DNA from: Pristiophorus japonicus
Taxonomy: Eukaryota
Direction: 5' to 3'
Length of the DNA: 64,000 bases
NCBI RefSeq assembly: GCF_044704955.1
Contig: NC_091977.1
Coordinates: 38,254,001-38,318,000 of the forward strand
Shown here: one piece after another, positions 50,849 through 63,339 of the stretch
Numbering within the stretch: position 1 is the stretch's first letter
Layout of the letters: each line of letters begins with the position of its first letter
Position numbers and translations under genes: made by a program
The notes under the pieces: generated by a model
Database searches by the model: none
Told to the model about the DNA's origin: nothing
The model's input: the letters and a program-made list of their open reading frames with translations, nothing else

Positions 50849-51537
50849 ATCATCAACACCCTGGTGCTCACCATTGACCAAAAACTTCACTTAACCAGCC
50901 ACATACATACCATGGCAACAAGAGCAGGTCAAAGGCTGGGTATTCTGTGGCGAGTCTCTCACCTCCTGACTCCCATTCCCATGCCTTTCCAGCATCTACA
51001 AGGCACAAGTCAGGAGTGTGATTGTATACTCCCCACTTGCCTGGATGAGTGCAGCACCAACAACACTCAAGAAGCTCGACACCATCCATGACAAAGCAAC
51101 CCACTTGATTGACACCCCGTCCACCACCTTAAACATTCACTCCCTGCACCACCAGCACAGCATGTCTGCAGTGTATATCATCTACAAGATGCACTGCAGC
51201 AACTCACCAAGGCTTCTTTGGCAGCACCTCCCAAACCCACGATCTCCACCACCTAGAAGGACAAGGGAAGCAGGCACATGGGAGCACCATCACTTGCATG
51301 TTTCCCTCCAAGTTACACGCCATCCTGACTTGGAAATATATCACCGTTCCTTCATCATCATTAGATCATAATCCTGGCACTCCCTCCTTAACAGCACTGT
51401 GGGAGCACCTTCACCAAAAGTACTGTAGCAGTTCAAGAAGGTGAGTTACCACCACCTTGTCAGGGGCAATTAGGGATGGGCAATAAAGAGTGGCCTTAGC
51501 AGCAATGCCCACATCCCAGGAATGAATAAGAAAAACA
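50849..51537 (+). mobile_element. 3' fragment of a distinct CR1-group LINE
   Basis: YSPLAWMSAAPTTLKKLDTI...; tail gggcaattagggatgggcaataaa...gaatgaataag. Confidence 0.7.
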
Positions 51538-52470
51538 TTTAACAAGGAGGAAGAAAAAGAACGGGGAACTATAAACCAGTTAGCGTGACATTAGAAGTAG
51601 GCAAAATGCGAGAATCTATTATTCGGGATATGGTAACAGGGCAGTTAGAAAATCATAATATGATTAGGCAGAGTCAACATGGTTTTATGAATGTGAAATA
51701 GTGTTTGACAAATCTGTTAAAAGTTTTTTGAAAATGTAACTAGTAGGATAGATCAGGGGGAACCAGTGGATGTAATGTATTTGGATTTTCAAAAATCATT
51801 CGATAAAGTGCCACACAAAATTACACAACATTAGGACTCATGGGATTGGGGGTAATATATTAGTATGTATTGGGGATTGATTAATTTTCAGAAAACAGAG
51901 TCGGAATAAACGGGACGTTTTCAGGTTGGCAGGCTTTAAGTAATGAGGTACCACAAGGATTATTGTTTAGGCCTCAGCTATTTACAATCTATATTAATGA
52001 CTTAGATGAAGGAACTGAGTGTAACGTATCTAAGTTTGCTGATGATACAAAGCTAGGTGGGAAAGTAAACTGTGACAAGGTTGTAAAGAGGCTGCAGAGA
52101 TATAGACAGATTGAGTGGGCAAGAACAAGGCAAATGGAATATAATGTGGAGAAATGTGAAGTTATCCACTTTGGTAGGAAAGGCAAAAAACCAGAAGATG
52201 CTTTGAATGGCAAGAGATTAGGAAATGTTTGCATTCTGAGCGATCTGGGTGTCCTTGTACATGAATCACAGAAAGTTAACATGCAGATACAGCAAGCAAT
52301 TAGGAAAGCAAATGGTATATTCGCTTTTGTTCCAAAGGGATTAGAGTATAAAAGTAAAGAAGTCCGACTGCAATTATACAGGTCATTGGTGAGGCCACAC
52401 CCAGTGTACTGTGTACAGTTTTGGTCTCCTTACCTAAGGAAAGACATAGAGGGAGTGCAACAAATGTTCA

Positions 52471-52680
52471 TAAGAATATAAGAAATAGGAGCAGGAGTAG
52501 GCCATTTAGCACCTCGAGCCTGCTCCGCCATTCAAAAATATCATGGCTAAGCTGATCATGAGCTCAGTTCCACTTACCTGCCCGCTCTCCATAACCCTTT
52601 ACTCCCTTATCAGTCAAAACTCTGTCTATCTCCGCCTTAAATATATTCAAGACAGAGATAGACAGACTTTTGAGCGATAA
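52471..52680 (-). mobile_element. CR1 3' tail inserted antisense, with a fold-back at its 5' end
   Basis: taagaatataagaaataggagcaggagtaggcc...; flanks AAATGTTCA / AAACATTCA. Confidence 0.75.
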
Positions 52681-53048
52681 ACATTCACTAGACTGGTTCC
52701 TGGGATGAAGGGATTGCCCTGGGAGGTGAGATTGAGTAAACTTGGTCTATATTTCCTTGAGTTTAGAAGAATGAGAAGTGCTCTAATTGAAACAAATAAA
52801 ATTCTTGAGGGGCTTGACAGGGTTAATGCTGAGAAGATGTTTCCCCTGGCTGGGGAATCTCGAACACAGGTCACAGTCTCAGAATAAGGGGTCAGCCATT
52901 TAGGACTGAGATGAGGAGAAATTTCTTCACTCAAAGGTTTGTGAATCTTTGGAATTCTTTACCCAGAGAGCCGTGGATACTCAGTCATTGAGTATATTCA
53001 AGACAGAGGTCGATAATTTGGGGGGAATTAAGTGACTCACGAGATATG

Positions 53049-56000
53049 GGGCTAGAACCTCCACTTTTGAGGTTATCACTCAAAAATGGGCGTTATTTCC
53101 GGTGTCGGCAGTAAAAGGAGGTTTTCAGATTGCCAGCTTCTCGCCCATTCTCAAAACATCTAGTTTACATTTTTGAAAATGGGCGTTACCGTGAGCGATC
53201 TGAAATGGGCAGTGGCGTTAAATATTTTTGACCTTCTGCCGTAAAGTGTGGCTGTCCTTATCAACGGCATGGCAACACTCAATTCCTGCGATTCTGGAGG
53301 ACAAGGGTCACCTTGACATGTGCAGAAGAGGAGACAGAGAGAGAGGGAGCTCAGAGGGACTGAAGGCGTGGTTGGATGTGCTGTGGCTGCTTTGGCAGGA
53401 AGGAGGGAGACTTTAGAGCTTCACAGCAAGTAGGCAAACAAAAAGTAGCTGTTACCAGCCACATATTTGACTGAATTTGTCCTATAATGGAGAGAGAGGA
53501 GGAGGCATCACAGCACGCTGTGGAGACTGGTGCTGGAGAGAGAAGTGAGGTGGGAGAGGAGCACATTGGAGGCCGCAAAAGAGCCAGGAGGTTCTCAGAC
53601 GAGGCAAATGCCTCCCTCCTGCAGGAGATTGAGTTATGCTGGGGTGATTTGACACAGGCCCACCCCAAAGGCCTACCAGAGGATATGGACCAAGATAGCC
53701 AAGGCGGTCTCATCGGTGACCAACGAGGTGCGTGAAGGCAACCAATGCCACAAACGATGGAACGACCTTGTGGGATCCGCAAGAGTAAGTATTACATTGA
53801 TTTACATATACTTAGGTATTTATATAATTTGATTTGTAACAGTCATGAGTGATGATCAGCAAATGTGAGGTCTTGCACTTTTACTGGGAATGTTTACTCA
53901 AAGCCTGCGGTCACGGTGCACGTCTTTAGGTAAAGAATGATAATAATCATATTAATCATGATTACAGCTGTTGGTTATGTGTTGTATCAGTCTCTGTGAC
54001 AGTACCTAGCAGTGATATCACACAATGATCACATGTCGCCTTGTCACCTTTTACAGAAGAAGCTATCGATGAGGTCCATGCAGAGGCAAATGGGTGGGGG
54101 GGCCATCAGTCCCCAGCGACATCACAGAGATGGAGGAGTGAGTGCTTGCACTCGTGGGAAAGCATCCTTGGACAGCCATGGATGCATCTGCAGACCCTAT
54201 AGTGATGCCACGTGAGTAAAGCTTCCACCATTGCCACACCAACTCATATCCGACCAATCATATATGATAGATGATTTCTAAAAGTTTCACAGAAATAATG
54301 ATGGCCTAATGAAATTCATTGCAATGCACAATGTGTTGATGATGATGAAATGTGATATCTGCGAGCGGTGGTGCTTTTATCGTGCATATGCTGTGTGTAG
54401 CACCTTGTCACCCTAGCACCTGCTTCTCCTCTAACAACCTCATTTGTGTCTTGCAGCTCAGCCAGCAACGTGGCCCCAGACAAGGCCACAAAGGCCAGGA
54501 GGTGGGGGCGCGGGGCAGGAGTCGGCAGACAATCCTACTACATCTGGTGCTGAGGAGCTCCGATTGTCGCCTGTCAATCCACTGGGTCTGTTCTCGACGG
54601 ATGCGAGCGCAGACTTCGAAGAACCTGCATCGCCACGCCCCAGAACCCATTCCACCCCAAGGCCATCTATTGGTCCTCTGGTCATTCCCGCCTCCATTCT
54701 GGAGGTGCCGGCTGCAAGCACCTCTCCACAGGTCACCTCATTTGTCCCCAGGATGGTGCCGACAACGCGGAGGACTCATGGACGTGGCAGGTCTGTTCCA
54801 CGAGCGTGACGTGACAGCGGAGAGATGGTACAGTTGTCCAGGAGGACTGTAGACATTGGTGACCAGCTCATCGAAGCTTTGAGGGGCATATCCCGACATC
54901 TGGCCACCATGACCAAGTACATTCCGTGCATGGCGGAGTCCCTGGATGTGATATCCAGGAACACTGCTGCCACAGGCCTCCCAGTGATCCCTGAGCGCGG
55001 CACTCCACCCCTCGGTCCCGCACTACCACTGTGAATGACAGAAGAGAGCAAGGACCAAGATCCTGCTTCTGCATCAGAGAATGTTTCCCCCTCGGCACCC
55101 TCCACTCCTGTACCCGTGCAACCAATGCATCTGCCTTCATCCCCCCCCGAATGAGGCACCGCCTGAGGAGCACCTCGGCCAGGCGCCGTGGAGCGAGGAG
55201 GGAAAGGGGTGGAGGTGGAGAGAAGAAGGAGAGGGGGAAGGAAAGTGAGGTGTATGTGCGCAGATGATGGCTGTGTTATATCTCCATCTGGATGTATGCA
55301 ATTTGTTGCAATGTATGGAGGCTGGGGACCATGCTTCTGCTTTGCCTTTGTATTCTGTGTTGTTCGACATGTTGAACATGTGATTGATGTCAATGGTGGA
55401 AACAGTTGGATGTGGGCGGGAGTTGGGTGTAACTGGCTGTGATACTCATGATTTCAGACCAATATTGGCATTAAACTTTTGTTATTGAACAAAACCTTGT
55501 TGCTCGTTGTCTCACATAGCTGGACCGTTACACACTGGTGATTCCTTACCATGAAAGGGTTATATACAACTTAACATCAATCAACGTAAACTTTAACTGG
55601 CACCAAGATGATGGGCAACATTAATGTCTGAGCTGCACACAGCAGTGTGTCAGCGTTGTCACTCACATCAGCGCTCTTTCAGTCAAATCTTTCAGATGTC
55701 AACTCCTCACGTAAGAGTGGGATTTAACAAATGCCAGCCACACCGTTGGCATCCGTCCCTGTTAGTTCCACTTTTTGTGGGCGGTTTTTTGAGCGAGCAA
55801 TATTGTGGCCGATATGTGTGCGAGGTGATGAAGTTGAAGATGTGCAATCTCCATGGCCGCTAGTTTGGGTAAATATGCTCTTTACGACAAGAAACAGTCG
55901 CCAGGCGTTAATATTGAATCGCGGCATTAATTTTGTGCAAAAAGTAACGCTGGGCGATATTATGGGCATTGAATTCGTCTAGTCTGCTGATTCTGCCCCC

Positions 56001-56201
56001 AAATAATGGGCGGGCGATGACATTTTTTCTCGCCGTTAAGCCCTTTGGGAAAATTACGCTCAGCGATAAGTCTCCTAAAAAAGCCTGTCATTTTCCATTT
56101 TGTGCCAGAATGGGTGATATATGGGCGTTGTATATCATTTCAGCGGTAAAATGGCCGTAAAGTGGGCGTTAAGCATGCAAAAAAAGTGGAGGTTCCAGCC
56201 C
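53049..56201 (+). mobile_element. PIF/Harbinger element with both TIRs, Myb/SANT gene retained, transposase deleted (3153 bp)
   Basis: TIR GGGCTAGAACCTCCACTTTT / AAAAGTGGAGGTTCCAGCCC; TSD ATG/ATG; removing it restores the CR1 3' end gatatgg-tgatagtgcagg. Confidence 0.92.
53487..55248 (+). pseudogene. Three-exon Myb/SANT-like (trihelix, NAIF1/MSANTD-type) DNA-binding protein gene; exons 53487-53784, 54057-54211, 54457-~55248
   Basis: RKRARRFSDEANASLL...W...(frameshift) WTKIAKAV...QCHKRWNDL; GTAAGT/TTACAG and GTGAGT/TTGCAG introns; several stops and frameshifts; ATTAAA at ~55470. Confidence 0.85.
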
Positions 56202-56319
56202 ATGGTGATAGTGCAGGAAAGTGGAGTTGAGGTAAAAAATCAGCCATGATCTTATTGAATGGCAGAGTAGGCTCGAAGGGCCAAATGGCCTACTCCTGCT
56301 CCTATTTCTCATGCTCATG

Positions 56320-58630
56320 GAAACATAGAAGCATAGAAAATAGATGCAGTAGTAGGCCACTCGGCCCTTCGAGCCTGCACCACCATTCAATAAGATCAAG
56401 GCTGATCATTCCCTCAGTACCCCGTTCCTGCTTTCTCTCCATACCCCTTGATCCCTTTAGCTGTAAGGGCCATATCTAACTTCCAATGAACTAGCATCAA
56501 CAACTCTCAGTGGTAGGGAATTCCACAGGCTAACAACTCTCTCAGTGAAGAAGTTTCTCCTCATCCCAGTCCTAAATATCCTACCCCTTATCCTAAGACT
56601 ATGTTCGCTGGTTCTGGACTTCCCCATCATCGGGAACATTCTTCCCGCATCTAAACTGTCCAGTCCCGTCAGAATCTTGTAAGTTTCGATGAGACCCCCT
56701 CTCATTCTTCTAAACTCCAGTGTATAAAGGCCCAGTCTATCAAGTCTCTCCTCATATGTCAGTCCCGCCATCTTGGGAATCAGTCTGGTGAACCTTCGCT
56801 GCACTCCCTCAATAGCAAGAACATCCTCCCTCAGATTAGGAGACCAAAACTGAACACAATATTCCAGGTGAGGCCTCACCAAGGCCCTATACAACTGCAG
56901 TAAGATCTCCCTGCTCCTATACTCAAATCTCCTAGCTATGAAGGCCAACATACCATTTGCCTTCTTCACCGCCTGCTGTACCTGCATGCCAACTTTCAAT
57001 GACTGATGAACCATGACACCCAGGTCTCGTTGCCCCTCCCCCTTTCCGAATCTGCCGTCATACAGATAATATTCTGCCTTTGTGTTTTTGCACCCAAAGT
57101 GGATAACCTCACATTTATCCACATTATACTGCATCTGCCACGCATTTGCCCACTCACCTAACCTGTCCAAGTCACCCTGCAGCCTTTTAGCGTCCTCCTC
57201 ACAGCTCACACCGCCACCCAGTTTAGTGTCATCTGCAAACTTGGAGATATTACACTCAATTTCTTCATCTAAATCATTAATGTATATTATAAAGAGCTGG
57301 GGTCCCAGCACTGAGCCCTGTGACACTCCACTAGTCACTGCCTGCCACTCTGAAAAGGACCCATTTATCCCGACTCCCTGCTTCCTGTCTGCCAACCAGT
57401 TCTCTATCCACATCAGTACATTACCCCCAATACCATGAGTTTTGATTTTGCACAACAATCTCTTGTGTGGGACCTTGTCAAAAGCCTTTTGAAAGTCCAA
57501 ATACACCACATCCATTGGTTCTCCCTTGTCCACTCTGCTCGATACATCTTCAAAAAATTCCAGAAGATTTGTCAACGTGATTTCCCTTTCATAAATCCAT
57601 GCTGACTTGGACCGATCCTGTCACTGCTTTCCAAATGTGCTGCTATTTCATCTTTAATAATTGATTCCAACATTTTCCCCACTACTGATGTCAGGCTAAC
57701 TGGTCTATAATTACCCGTTTTCTCTCGCCCTTCTTTTTTAAACAGTGGTGTTACATTAGCTACTCTCTAGTCCATAGGAACTAATCCAGAGTTGATAGAC
57801 TGTTGGAAAATGATCACCAATGCATCCACTATTTCTGTGGCCACTTCCTTAAGTACTCTGGGATGCAGACTATCAGGCCCCGGAGATTTATCGGCCTTTA
57901 GTCCCATCAATTTCCCTAACACAATTTCCCGCTTTATAAGCATATCTTTCAGTTCCTCCTTCTCACTTGACCCTCGGTCCCCTAACATTTCTGGAAGGTT
58001 ATTTGTGTCTTCCTTCGTGAAAACAGAACCAAAGTATTTGTTTAACTGGTCCGCCATTTCTTTGTTCCCCATTATAAATTCATCTGACTGCAAGGGACCT
58101 ATGTTTGTTTTCGCTAATCTTTTTCTCTTCACATATCTATAGAAGCTTTTGCAGTCAGTTTTTATGTTCCCAGCAAGCTTCCTCTCATACTCTATTTTCC
58201 CCCCTCCTAATTAAACCCTTTGTCCTCCTCTGCTATAGTACAAAATTCTCCCAGTCCTCAGGTTGGCTGCTTTTTCTGCCCAATTTTCTGCCTCTTCCTT
58301 GGATTTAACACTATCCTTAATTTCCCTTGTTAGCCACGGTTGAGCCACCTTCCTCGTTTTATTTTTGCTCCAGACAGGGATGTACACTTGTTGAAGTTCA
58401 TCCATGTGATCTTTAAATGTTTGCTATTGCCTATCCACCGTCAACCCTTTAAGTATCATTCGCCAGTCTATTCTAGCTAATTCACGTCTCATACCATCAA
58501 AGTTACCTTTCCCCAAGTTCAGGACCCTAGTCTCTGAATTAACTGTGTCACTCTCCATCTTAATAAAGAATTCTACCATATTATGGTCACTCTTCCCCAA
58601 GGGGCCTCGCACAACAAGATTGTTAATTAG
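56320..58630 (-). mobile_element. Young 5'-truncated CR1 (2.3 kb), inserted into the tail of the older CR1
   Basis: 372-aa RT ORF 56457-57575 with FADD; older tail remnant ttcatatgttcttatgttc resumes at ~58631. Confidence 0.93.
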
Positions 58631-58654
58631 TTCATATGTTCTTATGTTCAAAGC

Positions 58655-58812
58655 CAATTTACAATCTATATTAATGACTTAGATGAAGGGACTGAGTGTA
58701 ATGTATCCAAGTTTGCTGCTGATACAAAGTTAGGTGGGAAAGTAAGCTGTGAAGAGGACGCAAAGAAGCTGCAGAGAGATATAGATAGGTTGATTGAGTG
58801 GGCAAGAACCTG
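58655..58812 (+). mobile_element. CR1 RT fragment
   Basis: tttacaatctatattaatgacttagatgaagggactgag... Confidence 0.75.
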
Positions 58813-59123
58813 AGAACAGATTTTACTCTCCATTGGCGTCATTGGAGAGTATTATTCGGCGGGTTGTTAAACTGGTGTTTCCTTTATTGCCATGGGTTTC
58901 CCGCCCAGAGAATTAAGTTAAAATTGACTCCATGAATGCCAGTATGAAGCCAAAACAGCTAAACTTGTTTGAATGCATAGCCAGTCTACTATATTTGTGG
59001 AAACATTAATGTGAATCTTAAAGCATTTCTCTTTTTTTTTAAGGCTCAGTTTTATTTATTTATTTTGTTTTATTGCGGTTCTTGAATTATTGCAGTGCAC
59101 GTTTTCATGTGAACAGTTACATT

Positions 59124-60365
59124 GGGGTCAAGTTCCGGCTGCCCGTGAGAACGGCGCACATCGGAGAGGCCCGCCTAATTTATAGAACAAAAATTGCGGT
59201 GAATACTTACCTCGCGATTCTCCGATAGCTGTAGGCCCATTTCCACCTGGGCACTGCGCAGCAGGAGCTGCTGGGGGCGGAGCTACAGCCCTGCGCCAAA
59301 AACAGTGCCGGCAGCTGGGCGCGTACGCAGTGGCTGCCGGCGTCCTGTCTCCGGGGCGACGACGCTATCCCAGGCCGAAGGGACGTCGCCCCCTATCCCC
59401 GGCCGAGTGGCCTGCGCATCTTACCTCGGCGGCGTGGTCCGCCCCGCCCGGCCTCTCGCTGGGGGCGGGCCCCACCCGAAGAGTCGTCGGCGGCGGCGGC
59501 CCGGAATCGGCTGCATGCGGGCCCTGCCCGAAGTCCTCGGCGGGGCCCAGCTTCTTCGTCGGTGGCGGGGCCCGCCCGCCCGCCTCGCATCTCACTGAGG
59601 CGGGCCCCGTCCGAAGAGACGTCGGCAGCCCAACATCGGCTGCTTGCGGGCGGGGCCTGGCATCGTCGTCATCTTCTCTCTCCCTCCTACCTTCTTCTCT
59701 TCTCCCCCCCTCCCTCATCTTTTTCTCTTCTCCCCTCCCCCATCTTCTTCTCCCCCCCCCGCCATCTTCTTCTCTCTCACCCCCCCATCTTCTTCTGTCA
59801 CTCCCTGTCTTCTTCTCTCCCCCCCCCAATATTCTCTTCCCCCCCCACTACCCCCCCTCCCCCCCGCCCTCTTCTCCCCGGTGCTGCAGTAGGTGAGTAG
59901 AAATAATTATTTATTGAGTGATTTTTAATTTTTTTAATTTTTTAATTAATTGATTTGGATTGATTTATTGGTTTACTTATTGATTTATTTATTGATGAAG
60001 GCTCTTTATTTGTAAAAGTGAAGTGTTTAATGTTTGTAAATGGCCCTCCTCCCACCCCTACCCCATCTTTTGTTCCCTACGCCTGATTTCTAAGTGTCGG
60101 CAAGATTTTTCTGGGCATACAAAAATCTACACTTATTCCACTCTAAGTTAGTTTGGAGTAAGTTTTCGCTGCCTAAACTTGGAAAACAGGCATAAGTGGC
60201 CAGACATGCCCTCTTTTTAAAAAAAAAATCTGTTCTAAAATGAAACTGTTCTAACTCACTCGAACTGGAGCAAACCAAAGGCCGAGAATTGCAATTTCTT
60301 CGATACTCCATTCTAAACTAGTTGCTCCAAAAAAATAGGAGCAAATCAGGCCGAAACATGACCCC
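59124..60365. mobile_element. Complete Harbinger-type MITE (1242 bp) with CpG-island core
   Basis: TIR GGGGTCAAGTTCCGGC / GCCGAAACATGACCCC; TSD ATT/ATT; CpG-rich 59130-59670; pyrimidine repeat 59670-59880. Confidence 0.85.
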
Positions 60366-60567
60366 ATTTAATGTACTACTTCCACGAAAAATATATTTTG
60401 ACGGATACCTTGAATAGATAGGTCCATCAATGAGCTCATGTGCGACTTCAGCAGATTTGCCCTCAGGCAGATTCACACAAAACAGGAAATATTCTTACCA
60501 GTACATGAATCAAGAAAGTGCAGCAGCAATCTATCTATTCCAGTATGTTTTCTAAACTTACTCATAT

Positions 60568-61198
60568 CTTCATAGCGAGAGGATTTGAGTATAGAGCAGG
60601 GAGGTCTTGCTGCAGTTGTGCAGGGCCTTGATGAGACCACACCTTGAATATTGTGTGCAGTTTTGGTCTCCTAATCTAAAGAATGACATTCTTGCTATTG
60701 AGGGAGTGCAGCCAGGCTGATTCCCGGGATGGCAGGACTGACATATGAAGAAAGACTGGATCGACTAGACTTATATTCACGGGAATTTAGAAGAATGAGA
60801 AGGGCTCTCATAGAAGCACATAAAATTCTGACGGGATTGGACAGGTTAAATACAGGAATAATATTCCTGATGTTGGGGAAGTCCAGAACCAGGGGTCACA
60901 ATCTAAGAATAAGGGATAAGTCATCTAGGACCGAGATGAGGAGAAACTTTTTCACCCAGAGAATTGTGAACCTGTAGAATTCACTACCACAGAAAGTTGT
61001 TGAGTCCAGTTTGTTGGATATATTCAAAATGGAGTTAGATGTGGCCCTCATGGCTAAAGGAATCAAGGGGTATGGAAAGAAGGCAGGGGTGGGATACTGA
61101 AGTTGCATAATCAGCCATGATCATATTGAATGGTGGTGCAGGCTCGAAGGGCCGAATGGCCTACTCCTGCACCTATTTTCTATGTTTCTATGTTTCTA
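60568..61198 (+). mobile_element. Young CR1 3' fragment
   Basis: AGLTYEERLDRL...; (TTCTATGT)n tail. Confidence 0.9.
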
Positions 61199-61489
61199 TA
61201 ACCACCACATGTTGTGCACTGCATTTCAAGTACTTGACTGTGCAAATGACTATGGGGTATGTTGGTGTACTTCCGAAAGCTCTGAAATAATCAGTGAGAC
61301 TCATACAAATCATTCCCATGGCTTAGCAGGTGAAAGCAATCCCTGTCACAGAACGAAGCCATACTGACAATCGGATCCTGATTTCAATTCACAGTTTGTG
61401 CTGAGTTAGTTAGCAGCCAGGGAAGCAGTTGGGAAAATTAAATGGCCCACAGGGTGCATGGACTACGGAAGGAGAAAAAAAATATCAGG

Positions 61490-61737
61490 CAGGCTATTGG
61501 CCAGGACACTGGGATAATTCACCTGCTCTTCTTCAAAATAGTGACATGGGATCTTTTACATCCATCTGGGAGGGCAGACAGGGACTCGGTTTAACGGTCC
61601 ATCTGAAAGACGGCACCTCCAACAGTGCTGCACTGGAGTGTCAGCCTAGATTTTTGTGCTTAAGGCTCTGGAATGGGACTTGAACCCAAAACCTTCTAAC
61701 TCAGAGCTGAGTGTGCTACCCACTGAGCCAAGGCTGA
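61490..61737 (-). mobile_element. Deu-SINE 5' half
   Basis: ...gtgtgctacccactgagcca..gctga; core present. Confidence 0.8.
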
Positions 61738-62689
61738 AGATAAATAAATTACTGCAAAAAGGATTTATGGAAGAACAGTATCTATACTAGTAAATTTGAT
61801 GCAGTGCTGGAGTATTCAGCAGTATGGTACACATCTAAGGTCTTCAAACTTCTTTGTTTTGGGGGTTACACCCTCAGTGACTCTCCGCAAGTATTGGCAC
61901 AGCCCTGCAGACTCCCTATGCATACAAAGTCATCTCAGACACCTGCTGTCCCAATGTCCAAAAGACAAAAAAAAAGTAGGATTATTGTAGGATATTATTT
62001 AATTAGTATGCAGAACTGAAATATAATTTCATTCAGTTAACTGCATAAAAATAATTCAGAAATATGAAAGATGGACAGAAATCTGAAGACCTTGTGAATC
62101 CCCCGAGATCCACTCACCAGCATCCAAGGATTCAAGGATCTCAGCTGGAAAACTATGAGACAATGGGAATATTTCCTCTGTTCTTTATTTGTGCCAACAT
62201 TTCCCTCCTCCTCCCATGTCTCAACAAATTTTTACTCGCGTTTCAACACATACACAAATTATCCACAATCTAGGAGTTCAAACACAAGAGACTTCCTTTA
62301 CAAGAAATGTAATGTGTACCCAAAGTGTATATGAAAAGTGTTTTTTTTTTAATGCTTACATTTATATAATATCTTTTGCACCCTTAAATTATCCTAAAGC
62401 GCCTCACTGTCAATCAATGATGGACAGGAGAAGGCCTATCCAGCCTATCCCACATGTCCCACTTCATTTCTTTTGAACTGTTGTTTAGCAAGCAAGTGTG
62501 GCAGTCAGTGTATGACCTGAAAGGTGCCACAAAGGGGAAATGGCATCAAGAACCAGTTGATCTGTTTTGTAGTACTGTTTGAGACGTAATGCTGGCCAGC
62601 ATATTGCAAGATCTCCCTTGTCTTCTTCGAATGGGATCTTCTACATGCATCCGAACAGGCAGACAGGGCCTCAGTTTCATTTCTTCAGT

Positions 62690-63335
62690 AAGAACATGAG
62701 AAATAGGAGCTAGAGTGGGTCATTTGGCCCTTCGAGCCTGCTCCGCCATTCAACAAGATCATGGCTGATCTTTCACAACTCCACCTTCCTGCACTATCCT
62801 CATATCTCTTAATTCTGTTATTTCACAAACATTTATCAACCTCTGTCTTAAATATACTCAACGACTGAGCATCCACAGCTCTCTGGGGTCGAGAATTCCA
62901 AAGATTCACCACCTTCTGAGTGAAGAAACGGCCAACCCCTTATTCTGAGAATGTGACCCCATATTCTAGATTCCCCAGCCAGGGGAAACATCTTCTTAGC
63001 ATTAACCTTGTCAAGCCCCTGAAGAATTTTATATGTTTTAATTGGTTCGCCTCTCATTATTCTAAATTCTCGGGAATATAGGCCCAGTTTACTCAATCTC
63101 TCCTCATAGGGCAATCCCTTCATCCCAGGAACCTGTCTAGTGAACTTGCATTGCACTGCCTCTAAGGCAAATATGTCTTTCCTTAAGGTAAGGAGACCAG
63201 AACTGTACTCCAGGTATGGCCTCACAAATGCCCTGTATAATTCTAGAAATACTTCCTTACTCTTGTACTGTAATCCCTTTGTAACAAAAGCTAACATACC
63301 ATTTGCTTTCCTAATTGTTTGCTGGACCTGTATAA
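62690..63335 (-). mobile_element. CR1 3' fragment
   Basis: ORF 62848-63297 LAFVTKGLQYKSKEV... Confidence 0.85.
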
Positions 63336-63339
63336 ACTC

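Larger units (their letters stand above)
49142..56320 (+). mobile_element. One fragmented CR1 hosting nested insertions
   Basis: Colinear CR1 pieces at 49142-49206, 49445-49533, 50141-50309, 51538-52470, 52681-53048, 56202-56320. Confidence 0.75.

Noticed and set aside
59305-59900. Overlapping GC-rich ORFs up to 188 aa
   Set aside because: Stop-poor CpG-rich MITE interior with no domain; open on both strands.
61820-61915. Minus-strand frame LCQYLRRVTEGVTPKTKKFEDLRCVPYC as a terminal exon
   Set aside because: Poor acceptor and no recognisable protein.
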